Below are positions 53,062 through 64,000 of a stretch of DNA of 64,000 bases, piece after piece. Source of the stretch: Antedon mediterranea (lineage: Eukaryota; Animalia; Echinodermata); contig NC_092673.1 in assembly GCF_964355755.1 (NCBI RefSeq), forward strand, positions 10,822,948-10,886,947, given 5' to 3'. The position numbers were made by a program, and so were the translations under genes. The notes beneath the pieces were generated by a model. It did no database searches. It saw nothing but the letters and a program-made list of their open reading frames with translations, and was not told the DNA's origin. Each line of letters starts with the position of its first letter. Position 1 is the first letter of the stretch.

Positions 53062-53097
<36 letters not shown>

Positions 53098-53161
53098 GCG
53101 AGAGAGAGAGATAGATCAGCGAGAGAGAGAGAGAGAGAGATCAGCGAGAAAGAGATAGATC

Positions 53162-53192
<31 letters not shown>

Positions 53193-54811
53193 TCAGCGAG
53201 AGAGAGAGAGATAAGCTAGAGAGAGATAGATCAGCGAGAGATAGATAGATCAGCGAGAGAGAGATAGATAGATCAGCGAGAGAGAGATAGATAGATCAAT
53301 GAGAGAGATAGATCAGCGAGAGAGAGATAGATAGATCAGCGAGAGAGAGATAGATCAGCAAGAGAGAGATAGATAGATCAGCGAGAGAGAGATAGATCAG
53401 CGAGAGAGAGATAGATATTTTAGCGAGAGAGAGATAGACCAGCGAGAGAGAGATAGATCTGCGAGAGATAGATAGATCAGCGAGAGAGAGATAGATCAGC
53501 GAGAGAGAGATAGATCAGCGAGAGAGAGAGATCAGCGAGAGAGAGATAGATCAGCGAGAGAGAGATAGATCAGCGAGAGACAGATAGATCAGCGAGAGAG
53601 ATAGATCAGCGAGAGAGAGATAGATCAACGAGAGAGAGATAGATCAGCGAGAGATAGATAGATCAGCGAGAGAGAGAGATAGATAGATCAGCGAGAGAAA
53701 GATAGATAGATCAGCGAGAGAGAGAGATAGATAGATCAGCGAGAGAGAGATAGATAGATCAGCGAGAGAGAGAGATAGGTAGATCAGCGAGAGACAGATA
53801 GATAGATCAGCGAGAGACAGATAGATAGATCAGCGAGAGACAGATAGATAGATCAGCGAGGGAGAGATAGATAGATCAGCGAGAGAGAGATAGATCAGCG
53901 AGAGAGAGACAGATCAGCGAGAGAGAGATAGATCAGCGAGAGATAGATAGATAGATCAGTGAGAGAGATAGATCAGCGAGAGAGAGATAGATCAACGAGA
54001 GAGAGATAGATCAGCGAGAGAGAGATAGATAGATCAGCTAGAGAAAGATAGATAGATCAGCGAGAGAGAGATAGATAGATCAGCGAGAGAGAGATAGATA
54101 GATCAGCGAGAGAAAGATAGGTAGATCAGCGAGAGACAGATAGATAGATCAGGGAGAAAGAGAGATAGGTCAGCGAGAGAGAGAGATAGATCAGCGAGAG
54201 AGAGATATAGATCAGCGAGAGAGAGATAGATCAGCGAGAGAGAGACAGATCAGCGAGAGAGAGATAGATAGATCAGCGAGAGAGAGATAGATCAACGAGA
54301 GAGAGATAGATCAGCGAGAGAGAGATAGATAGATCAGCGAGAGAGAGAGATAGATGAGCGAGAGAGAGATAGATAGATCAGCGAGAGATAGATAGATCAG
54401 CGAGAGAGAGATAGATAGATCAGCGAGAGAGAGATAGATAGATCAATGAGAGAGAGATAGATCAGCGAGAGAGAGAGAGATAGATAGATCAGCGAGAGAG
54501 AGATAGATCAGCGAGAGAGAGATAGATAGATCAGCGAGAGAGAGATAGATCAGCGAGAAAGAGATAGATAGATCAGCGAGAGAGATAGATCAGCGAGAGA
54601 GAGATAGATCAGCGAGAGATAGATAGATCAGCGAGAGAGAGATAGATCAGCGAGAGAGAGATAGATCAGCGAGGGAGAGAGATCAGCGAGAGAGAGATAG
54701 ATCAGCGAGAGAGAGATAGATAGATCAGTGAGAGAAAGATAGATAGATCTGCGAGAGAGAGATAGATAGATCAGCGAGAGAGAGATAGATATATCAGCGA
54801 GAGAGAGAGAT
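46584..54811 (+). repeat. Satellite B, array 3 (8.2 kb, rich in GATA-extended 23-bp variant)
   Basis: AGATCAGCG(AG)nATAGAT units with kb-scale internal duplications. Confidence 0.98.
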
Positions 54812-55540
54812 GATACGTTGGCATTGATGTTCCTTTACGTTTAAATACAGTAAATATCTCTTCAGTCCAGTTTGCTAAATAACCTTTTTCAAAAACCATT
54901 TTATACCTGCTTATACGTACTTGATCACCGATTTTAAATTTAAAATTTCCTGATTTTTGTTGTTTTTCACCATAAATTTTAGCCACACTTCGTGTTCGTT
55001 ATCGTTTGTACGAGAATCGGTGATGTACCTATAGACCTATGTTTTGAGTTGTTATAACTTGAAACTAATTTAGGAAGAGCGTCGATATATTTTTTATTAC
55101 CATTGGCTGTAAATAGTTTCCACATTCTTGTTTTTAATGTTCTGTTAAATCTTTCAACGATACTAGCTTTTGTTTCGTTGTTTGTCGTAAAGAAATGTAT
55201 ATCTTTTGATTTTAGATACGTTTGAAACTTTTTATTAACAAATTCTGATCCTTTATGGGTATGAATTTTATTCGGCTTCCTTTTACCGGATAGCAGTTTT
55301 TTCATGGCTTTCAACATTGTATCTGAAGATTTGTTTTTTATAGGTATAACCCAGGCATATTTCGATAGAACATCAATGCATGTTATAAGAAAAGTGTTTT
55401 GCTTATTATAGCGTTTAATTGATTACAAGTCAACCAAATCCATTTCCCATTGTTCATCAATTGTCGTTACAAGTACCCGGTTTCGTTGGAAATTACGTTG
55501 AATGGATCTGTGTAAAGTATATGTATCTTGATTGCTCAGG
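54812..55540 (-). pseudogene. Polinton/Maverick (adintovirus)-type retroviral-like integrase, disrupted and 3'-truncated by satellite B
   Basis: Minus strand reads QDTYTLHR...QWEMDLVD*...CIDVLSKYAW...KGSEFVN...KASIVERFNRTLK...YNNSKHRSIG, then after a frameshift FKIGDQVRISR...FEKGY..NWTEEIF. These are characteristic Polinton integrase motifs. Confidence 0.88.
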
Positions 55541-56167
55541 GTCGTAATACACATTTCTCAATTTCTCATCCATACTCATTTCACTCAATCATAAAAATGA
55601 AAATACTAATTCAAATACTTAAATAACACGCAAATATCAAATTTCATTTTCGTTGTTGTTAAAAACAAAATTTATTTCAATACACATTCTATTGCAATAC
55701 ACTTTACAAAATATAAAATCAAAATACACAATAACAATTAAATAGAAAAAAATACTTTTATATATACACTAACATATTATTTAGTCAGAAGGAACAAATT
55801 ACATTAACTCAAAACATTTAAATTTATTTTAAAATTACTTTCTACAAATACACTAACATATTATTTAGTACTGAAAAAAAACCACACCAAAAATAACACG
55901 CAGGTTAAAATGTTTAAATGCCCTTTCAAAGTGGGTACTCCCATTTAAAAAATTGTCCGATTCAAGATCATCAATCCGTTCCATTATCCAAAAGATTACA
56001 TTGTAATTACGGGAACTGTTCTAACCAATCGTAATTGTCATTCTTGTAGCTTTTTTTGGTCATTTGTGTTTCTAGCATTCCATTGTCATTCATGTCTACA
56101 CCGGTTCCACAATCATCAAATCCATCCAATTCTAAAAACATTTCATCGACCATGTCCTTTTACTCCA

Positions 56168-56524
56168 TTAGATCATCATTGTTAAATTAATGACTTTCCT
56201 GCTTGGTTTAAATTTACTATCTGGTTCTGATTGATAGTATTCTCGGATACATACGTACATATCATCACCCCAACGTTGAGCAACTACGTGCCTCGTTTCG
56301 GTAAATTTAATACGTTTAGTAGCTGTAACTGTAATTCGACTATCATTGTTAAAAAAGTGATTCTTTACCACCGGTCGACAATCTTGTTGAAAAGAAGCGC
56401 TATTATTTGGTTCATCTTCTACTCTCTGTCTCTTGCTAGACCTCATAACTTGCTGCATAGTAGCCTTAGCCTTATCAGCTAATTTAGAATCGGCGTAATC
56501 AGCTGTTGGTTTGTAGAAGTTCAT
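56168..56524 (-). pseudogene. PC4/p15-like ssDNA-binding domain protein, probably part of the Polinton remnant
   Basis: RHVVAQRWGDDMYVCIREYY...KPSRKVINL matches the PC4 signature (V..F.G..YVDIREYY....KP.KKGI.L). The C-terminal helix seems lost to a stop or frameshift. Intronless and on the same strand as the integrase. Confidence 0.7.
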
Positions 56525-57354
56525 ACTGATGAAAACTGTACTAAATTCTCTTAATCAAGAGTGTAGAAGTGAGTTCAACGCTTTGAAAACTGATACTGAT
56601 GAGTTCAGTATAAATTTTACCCTATATTTATACACATTAAAAATAATGTATGTATGATGTCAGTAGCGTCCCTCTTTACCTCCTTTTTGTTTTATTTTAA
56701 AAGGAAACAAAGAATTCTCTATGTAAAACATAAACCATTTAAATGAAAATGAAAGTTAATTTAAAGTTAGAAATAATTATTATTTGTTTTACTTTTTTTG
56801 AAAAATAGTGAAACTTAACATCTTGCTTCACGTTACACCAATCATTCATTGCGAAGCTCCATTTTTAACATTTCCGGAAGAAATTAAGTACATGTTGGTA
56901 TAGTTCAATCAAGACATACTTAAATATCACTTCATTGTATTCTTGTCTTTTTATTGTTGTCATTGATTAACTTCCAAAACCAACTTCCTTCCCATCGTTA
57001 ACCATTGTCTTTTTCAAATTAAATAACATCTCCATTGTTTTACTTTCTTACCATTGTTTACCATTGTATTAATTATAATAGGATTAACTAATGTCATCCC
57101 CTCAAACGCCCTCTACGGGGGCTGTACCTGCATATATTACTACTAACGTTCTGTCACATTATTCATTTTGTCGATAGAATTCATTCTTTTAAGGGTGCCT
57201 CAAAGATTGAAAGTTATATTAATTTTATTTCACCGACCTTCTCTACTAACACTAACACTTCAAAATTAATTTATTTATGAATACACGAAAAGATATTTAA
57301 GCAACATAATTATGAAACTTTAGTATATCATATACATCCAATTACTACTGTACC

Positions 57355-57465
57355 TTTAGTCACGTTTAGTCGCACGACTCTGTTGGTCGGTCGGTCGGCT
57401 GGTCGGTAAACACTAACTCAAATTTGAGCAGGCAACTGCAACCATGCATGTATATGGCCTTGTTT
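57355..57465 (+). mobile_element. Short Helentron-associated (HINE/DINE-1-like) element remnant
   Basis: TTTAGTC...CGACTC head, (GGTC)n microsatellite, tail ...GTATATGGCCTTGTTT. Confidence 0.45.
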
Positions 57466-58077
57466 ATTTTTAGGGTACTCGGACTTGCATGGTACTCTAT
57501 ACATTATCATGAGTGATTTATTGATTAGTGTAATAATGGTTCAAAGCAGGCCTATGTAGTGTGGTTGTATGGTATAGTAGATGAAGTCACATTGGTTTTA
57601 AATGTGTATTACATTAGCTATACTGGTCCTTTTAAGGTGATTCATATTAATTGTCAAATTAATGGCTTAAAGGCTATGATTCTTACTTATTTTACTATGG
57701 GAAAGGTCGGGAGGTTAATACACTAGTGGCAAGCTACTTGAGAGGCTCCATATGTCGGTGGTGAACAACTACATTGTTCAGTTATTTAGAAGTAGATTCA
57801 GGTACTAATAATAATAATAGTATACATTTTATATCAATGTTTTTATAACGACAATTTAGAGAAAGAAACCATGAAATTGCAATATCAGAATCTATGGTGC
57901 GCCAAACTGTCATTTATTTAGGCAATTCGTAGTTTTTAATAGAGATATCTCTATTATCATCCCAATTAGAGAAATGAATATATGTATATTAGATTAGAGA
58001 TGTCTTAGTTTAAATTTGTTCCCTATACGTTATTAGCAATTTCTTTAATAACAAGAACACTTGGTTAAAAAACCAAA

Positions 58078-59964
58078 ATGTTCTCTTCAATTTTGAATGG
58101 TGCTTATAACAAGATCTTTCCTGTGCTGATTAGGAACAAGCGCACTGCTGACAAGCCCTGGATGTCCGACAAGATTCGAAGATTAATTGACTCTAGACAA
58201 AATTTGTTTCGTAGGTTTGGTAGAACGGATGAGTGGCGTTCAATTCGCAACTTAGTCCAAGATTGTATTAGAAAGGCTAAAAACAAATATTATTGTAATT
58301 CCTTATTAAGTTTTAAACGTAACAACCCTGCCATGTGGCATAAAGGTATTAAACAACTATGTAATCTTAAAACTAAAGATACTAATTTCACCTTGCCTGG
58401 GCTGTCCAAAGTTGAAACTGCCTCTGAGATTAATGCCCATTTCTCTAGTGTTTGTAATGCCATCCCTCCTCTTAATTTAAACGATTTGCCTGCTTATCTC
58501 CCAGCCCCTGGGCCACCACCTTTAATATATGCTGGTCAGGTCCTAAAAGCCCTTTGTAATCTTAAGCCTAACAAAGCTGGCCATCCAGATGAACCCCCTA
58601 TTAAATTATATAGAGATTTTGCTCCTGAACTTGCTGAGCCTGTTGCGGATATCTTCAATCATGCATTGAAGGATGGTGTTTTCCCCGACCTTTGGAAAAG
58701 GGCTACTGCAGTTCCCATTCCTAAAACTGTGAATGCTAGTTCTGTCTCTGACCTTAGACCTATTTCCCTTACCTATATTCTTGCCAGGGTATTTGAATCT
58801 TTTATTGTTAAGTGGATTCTTGAAGATATTAAGGGTAAATTAGATTCTCGTCAATTTGGTAGTAGGAAAAAGGCTTCCTCAACTCACTATCTTGTTAGTC
58901 TTATTCACTCTGCACTCAAAGATGTTGAGAAGGGTAAATGTTATGTTAACCTATGTGCCACTGACTTTACTAAAGCTTTTGATCGTGTTGATCATAATGA
59001 TATTATTATAAAGTTGATTGAACTGGGTGTGAGGTCGTCCATAATTCCCATCGTCTGCAGCTTTCTCACTTGCCGTTCTCTCAACACCAAGTTTGCTGGG
59101 ATTTTGTCATCTTCCAAGTCACTGATTTGTGGTATCCCACAGGGGACATTGCTTGGCCCTGTACTTTTCCTAGTACTTATTAACGATGCTTGTGTTGATT
59201 GCTGCAGACGATGGAAATATGTGGATGACCTCATCCTTGGGGAGGTCGTTCGCAAAGGTGATTTGCCTTCCATGCAATCCCTGTTAGATGATCTGAGTGT
59301 TTGGTGTTCATCCAATAATATGATACCCAAACCCTCCAAATGCCATATCTTGGTTGTCAATTTTCTTAAGGACAAGTCGGATGATATTATATTGCCTTCT
59401 TTTAGTCTGAGTGGTTCCATTTTACAAGTAGTTGATCATATGACGCTTCTTTGTGTAATCATTCAAAATGACCTGAAATAGGAACTTAACACTAATAATA
59501 TTGTGTCTAGAGCTTCTAGACGTTTATTTTCCTTGTGCATTTTGAAGAAAGCAGGAATCTTAATTAATCATCTGTTGACTGTTTATATGGCGTATATAAG
59601 ACCTATTTTAGAATATGCTGCCCCTGTTTGGCATGGCGCTATCACTAAGGACATGTCCAAGTCTATTGAAAAGGTACAAAAGAGAGTATTGCGAATCATG
59701 CTAGCTAACAACTATTTGTGCTATGATCATGCATTGTCTGTTACTGGTTTACCTGCTCTTGTTGAGAGAAGAAACAAACTTGTGTTGTCTTTCGGGGAAG
59801 GCTTATTAAAATCCGAGCTGTTTAGAGAAATACTTCCCCCTCTCCATAAGCCAGCTCGGTCTCTCAGATTCAACCGCTTTCTAGAAGTACCTCTTTGTAA
59901 AACCAGCAGACTTAGGTCGTCTCCAGTTCCCACCATGGTGGATATAATTAATAGGCACCACTAG
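58078..59964 (+). pseudogene. LINE ORF2 reverse transcriptase with one in-frame stop
   Basis: KPWM, LRPISLT, QFG, DFTKAFD, IPQGTLLGP, YVDD. TAG at 59479-59481 in place of the Trp of DLKW; frame continues with YIRPILEYAAPVW and IEKVQKR. Confidence 0.92.
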
Positions 59965-60181
59965 CTCTTTTTTAGATATGTAATAAGTGAATGTTTTAAG
60001 GTTTTTTATTCATGTATGTTTTTAATGTTATGGTACGATATCTAATTTTAATAAGATGTTTCTATTTTTATAGCAATTTTAACTAATTTTTAGTTATTTG
60101 TAATACAATTCATTTCAGTCCTTGACTGTCGTTTTGTAATATATTTTTATATACCGAATAAATAAATAAATAAAATAAATA
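58078..60181 (+). mobile_element. 5'-truncated non-LTR retrotransposon of the CR1/L2 group (Crack/Daphne-like)
   Basis: ORF2 remnant with RT motifs, T-rich 3' UTR, short 3' stem (CAGTC-CTT-GACTG) and (AATA)n tail at ~60158-60181. The endonuclease domain is absent. Confidence 0.9.
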
Positions 60182-60297
60182 TACACGACGCATGTGGTTT
60201 TTAAATAAAGATGTATCATTTAATTAAAATGCGTGTCGTTCTTTTTAGTATCGGTCATCAAATTTTTATTTATTACCGACTAAGACTTTCATAATTA

Positions 60298-61521
60298 TGT
60301 TGCTGAAATAATCTGTTCTTGTATTCATGGTAAATACATTCATTGTAAAGTGTTTGTATCGTTTAGGATATTTGAAGTACGCCCTCTATATTTATGTTGT
60401 GATTTTTTTATGTTAGTGTAGGTATTAACGAGAAGCAGTAATAAGACGCACGTGTGTGATTTTCTGAGACACGGCATATTATTGTTAACTACAGTTTAAT
60501 TTTCGGTTGTTATTTGAGAGCTCAAGAGTGAGTATTAGTATAGTTAATCATTGTTAGATCATAATCAGAATCAACGTTATAATATTTAATAATTAGTTTA
60601 TGCATAAGTGTTGATGAGGATGCATGTAGTTTTCGATTTTGGCATCCATCTTGTGTAAATGTTACGTATGCAAACTTGTATAATGATAGCTAATATACAG
60701 AAATAACATGTTAATGTAGATATATTTACAGATCACCTGGATTTAACAACATAGAATTGCTGAAATAATCTGTTCTTGTATTCATGGTAAATACATTCAT
60801 TGTAAAGTGTTTGTATCGTTTAGGATATTTGAAGTACGCCCTCTATATTTATGTTGTGATTTTTATGTTAGTGTAGGTATTAACGAGAAGCAGTAATAAG
60901 ACGCACGTGTGTGATTTTCTAAGACACGGCATATTATTGTTAACTACAGTTTAATTTTCGGTTGTTATTTGAGAGCTCAAGAGTGAGTATTAGTATAGTT
61001 AATCATTGTTAGATCATAATCAGAATCAACGTTATAATATTTAATAATTAGTTTATGCATAAGTGTTGATGAGGATGCATGTAGTTTTCGATTTTGGCAT
61101 CCATCTTGTGTAAATGTTACGTATACAAACTTGTATAATGATAGCTAATATACAGAAATAACATGTTAATGTAGATATATTTACAGATCACCTGGATTTA
61201 ACAACATAGAATTTGATAATCATAGTGTTTATATGTCATGTGTTATGTGGTTAGTTACATTGTTTAGAACCACCGCTGACGGTATTCCTATAGTTTAGTT
61301 ATTTATAGCGTACACATTTTGTCCGATCGTACTGATTGTAGTGTAGTTCGGTCGTCACGCTTGAGTGATTTTCATATAGATGGCGCTATAGCAATTGCTT
61401 AATTTGCGAGTTATTATTATTACATCTTATAGATTTCGAACCAAATACCATACAAATTAATGTTTCGTGTGTACCATATTTTACGTTGCATTAAAGTTTG
61501 AGATTGAGTCGTATAACAACA
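60298..61521 (+). repeat. Probable 5' LTR of the BEL/Pao element, containing a 457-bp tandem duplication
   Basis: Starts TGTTG at 60298 and ends CAACA at 61521 after ATTAAA. 60300-60756 is duplicated as 60757-61213. The partner LTR lies outside the window. Confidence 0.6.
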
Positions 61522-61590
61522 GTGAGGACGCAGTGTATTCTTTTTTGTATCTTACATTCGAAATTCGTATCTTTACTACAATTCATTGAA

Positions 61591-64000
61591 ATGGATGAGA
61601 TAAAAAGAAGACGTAGTGTGCAGAAAGGTGCTATGACCAGAGTCATAAAGACAATACAGCAAGCAATGGAAGAGTCCCGTCCGGTAGGATATCTAGAGAT
61701 TCTGATTGTAGATATGACTGAGATCTGGAAGAAAATCCAAGACTTACATGTAGAGATTCAAATGAAAATAGAAGATCCAGAAGATGCTGAACAAGCAGCA
61801 TGGATAGAAGAGGTACAGAACAGATTCAACGACGTCCGTCGTGGTGTTATCAAATATAAAGTTAACGTAAACCCACCAGTGAAAGTTCAGGAAGATGAAC
61901 GAGATCCAAAGGAAAAGCTGTCAACACTGCAACTAAAAAAGATGGATTTGCCTAGATTTGAAGGTAACGTTAGAAGATGCGCTAGATTTAAGGAGGACTT
62001 CAAGACTTTCGTGATTCCTGTGACACATCCTAAATTGTCGTTTGCCTTGAGGCAAACTCTAGGGCAAACACCGCTAAAAATTCTGGGACCGGTTGAAGAT
62101 AATATTGATTTAATGTGGGAAAGGCTTGACGAGAGATATGGCGACAAAGTGAAATTGGTAGATACAATTGTAAGTGAATTGGAACAGAAACGAGAAATTA
62201 GAGATGGCGAAGATAACAAACTAGTGACATATATCGACAAAGTGGAAGCAAGTTATCACCACCTGAAAAGGGCAGGACTAGAAAGAGAAATATCTAATTC
62301 CAAAGTGGTGGGAGAGATAGAAAAGAAACTACCACCATCAGTGTTTGGAAGATGGGTCCGACATATGCATGAAGAAGCCAACGGTGTCGATAAAACTGAT
62401 AGATTCCCAGAACTACTGAAATTTCTGACAAGAGAAAGAAGAAGTGTAGAATATGCAATGGGGGCAATACGGACAAACCAACCCACTAAAGCAGCCGCAT
62501 CGATGCACATGGTAGAAATATCCAGAAGACCGAAGTGCCTTCTACACAAAGAAAGTCAACACGAAACCAAGAATTGTCGAACCTTCTTGAACAAATCTGT
62601 GGATGAGAGGCCGAACATCTTGAAAGAAAACCGAGCATGTTTCTGCTGCCTAACAGCCGGCCACATCATTGCTAAATGTAAAGGGAAGAAGCAATGTGAT
62701 ACGGATGGTTGCAGGAGACTTCATCACAAGCTGTTACATCAGCAGACTCAGAACAAAGAACCAATTTCGACAGTGTCGTCCCTTGAAAATAGCTTACAGA
62801 TGAAATCTGACCCTTGTTTGTTATAATTGATGAAAGTGAGGAACGGCAAGAACGAGCTCAACACTCTTTGGGATAGTTGTGCGACGGCGTCATTAATCAC
62901 ACATGCGGCCAAACGCATAAAGGCAAAGGGAAGGCCAGTGAAAATAAGCATGACCAAAGTAGGCGGGCAAACCGAATGCATCGACAGCATGAAATATAAA
63001 ATATTACTGAATGATAATATGGGAAACTGTGTTGCAGTAGAAGCCTATGGGATTCCGAAGATAACGGCAAAAATTGGCAATCAGAACTTAGAAAACCTCG
63101 CCAAAATACTTAATGTATATCCTGAGCAGGTCAAAAGACCAACTGGAGAGGTCGACTTGTTAATTTGGATACGAGTATGCTGGTTACCATCCGACGAAGA
63201 TCAAGGCATGTGGTCATCTAGTTCTACTGAAAAACCAGTTTGGTCAGTGTATTGGAGGGTCTCATCCTTCTATCGAATGGGAGGAAGGGGCAGGAATACT
63301 AGTGAACTATGTTAAGACAACGTCCTTTGACGACTTTCTTACGATAGAAAGTATGGGGGTTAACTGTCAGCCTAAATGTGGTTCGTGTCGATGTGGCAAA
63401 TGCCCCAGTGGAGCGCAGAAGTACACTTTGAAAGAAGAACGTGAATTAAAGTTGATAGAAGACAACTTACTGTATGAAGCAGGTAAATGGACCGCGAGGT
63501 ACCCTTAGATCAAAAACCCAAACAATCTACCAGATAACAAAAAAGTGGCGGTGGCGAAGTTAGCAGTGCTAGAGAAAAGATTAATGAAAGACTCAGCAAA
63601 GAAAAAGATATACGAAGAGCAAATAGCAGATATGTTGAAACGAGCGGTGGCGAGAGAAATAAAGGAAACGGAATTGCAAGAATACAAAGGGCCAATACAT
63701 TATATTTCCCACCATGCAGTAGAAAAGCCTGATAGTTCCAGCACCCCAGTGCGAATCGTCTTTAATAGCAGTGCGGCCTACAAGTGACATGTTCTGAACG
63801 ACTATTGGGCCAAAGGACCCGACCTCGTTAATGACTTGTTAGCTGTTCTACTGAGATTTAGAGAAAAATCTCATGCACTGGTAGGTGACATAAGAAAGAT
63901 GTATCATAGTGTTGCCATCACCCATTTGGACCAGCACTGTCATCGGTTACTCTGGAGAGATTTGAACCAGAATACCCTACCAAAAACGTATTGCGTGAAT
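61591..64000 (+). pseudogene. BEL/Pao LTR retrotransposon gag-pol polyprotein (decayed), continuing beyond the window
   Basis: LPRFEG...F gag region, CLLH...HETKNC and CFCC...GH....C....C....C...HHKLLH Cys/His motifs, protease LWDSCATASLIT, CGSCRCGKC, YISHHAV.KPDSSSTPVRIVFNSSA, LNDYWAKGPD, GDIRKMY. Stops at 62826, 63508 and 63787 plus a frameshift. Confidence 0.92.

Noticed and set aside
57340-57354. ACTACT as a possible Polinton terminus (similar 13-mer inverted near 30426)
   Set aside because: The match is too short and no extended TIR partner is visible in the window.
58104-63790. Minus-strand ORFs overlapping the LINE and BEL/Pao coding regions
   Set aside because: Antisense shadows of real coding frames with no recognisable motifs.

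Overview
AT-rich animal (invertebrate-like) heterochromatic window with no host protein-coding gene; it consists almost entirely of tandem repeats and transposon remnants. Five tandem-repeat families occur: a 20-bp minisatellite, an ~87-bp satellite (A), a ~19-bp AGATCAGCG(AG)n satellite (B), a ~185/133-bp satellite (C) and a ~260-bp satellite (D). Each unit of D carries a TATA box, A-box, B-box and oligo-T in tRNA-gene spacing. The cassette 20-mer/A/B occurs twice in opposite orientation (1-11990 and 37775-45971) with the same A/B junction, giving a foldback-like architecture around a ~26-kb centre. Mobile elements: a Kolobok/T2-type non-autonomous DNA transposon with TTAA TSD; a young pol-deleted Gmr1-like gypsy LTR element (1301-bp LTRs, tRNA-Pro PBS); Helitron/Helentron-like ends; a decayed Polinton/Maverick fragment (integrase plus PC4-like gene); a 5'-truncated CR1/L2-group LINE; and a decayed BEL/Pao element running off the right end. 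A tRNA-Ile-like body with a GAC anticodon lies just beyond satellite D. All coordinates were read by eye; array boundaries are approximate.
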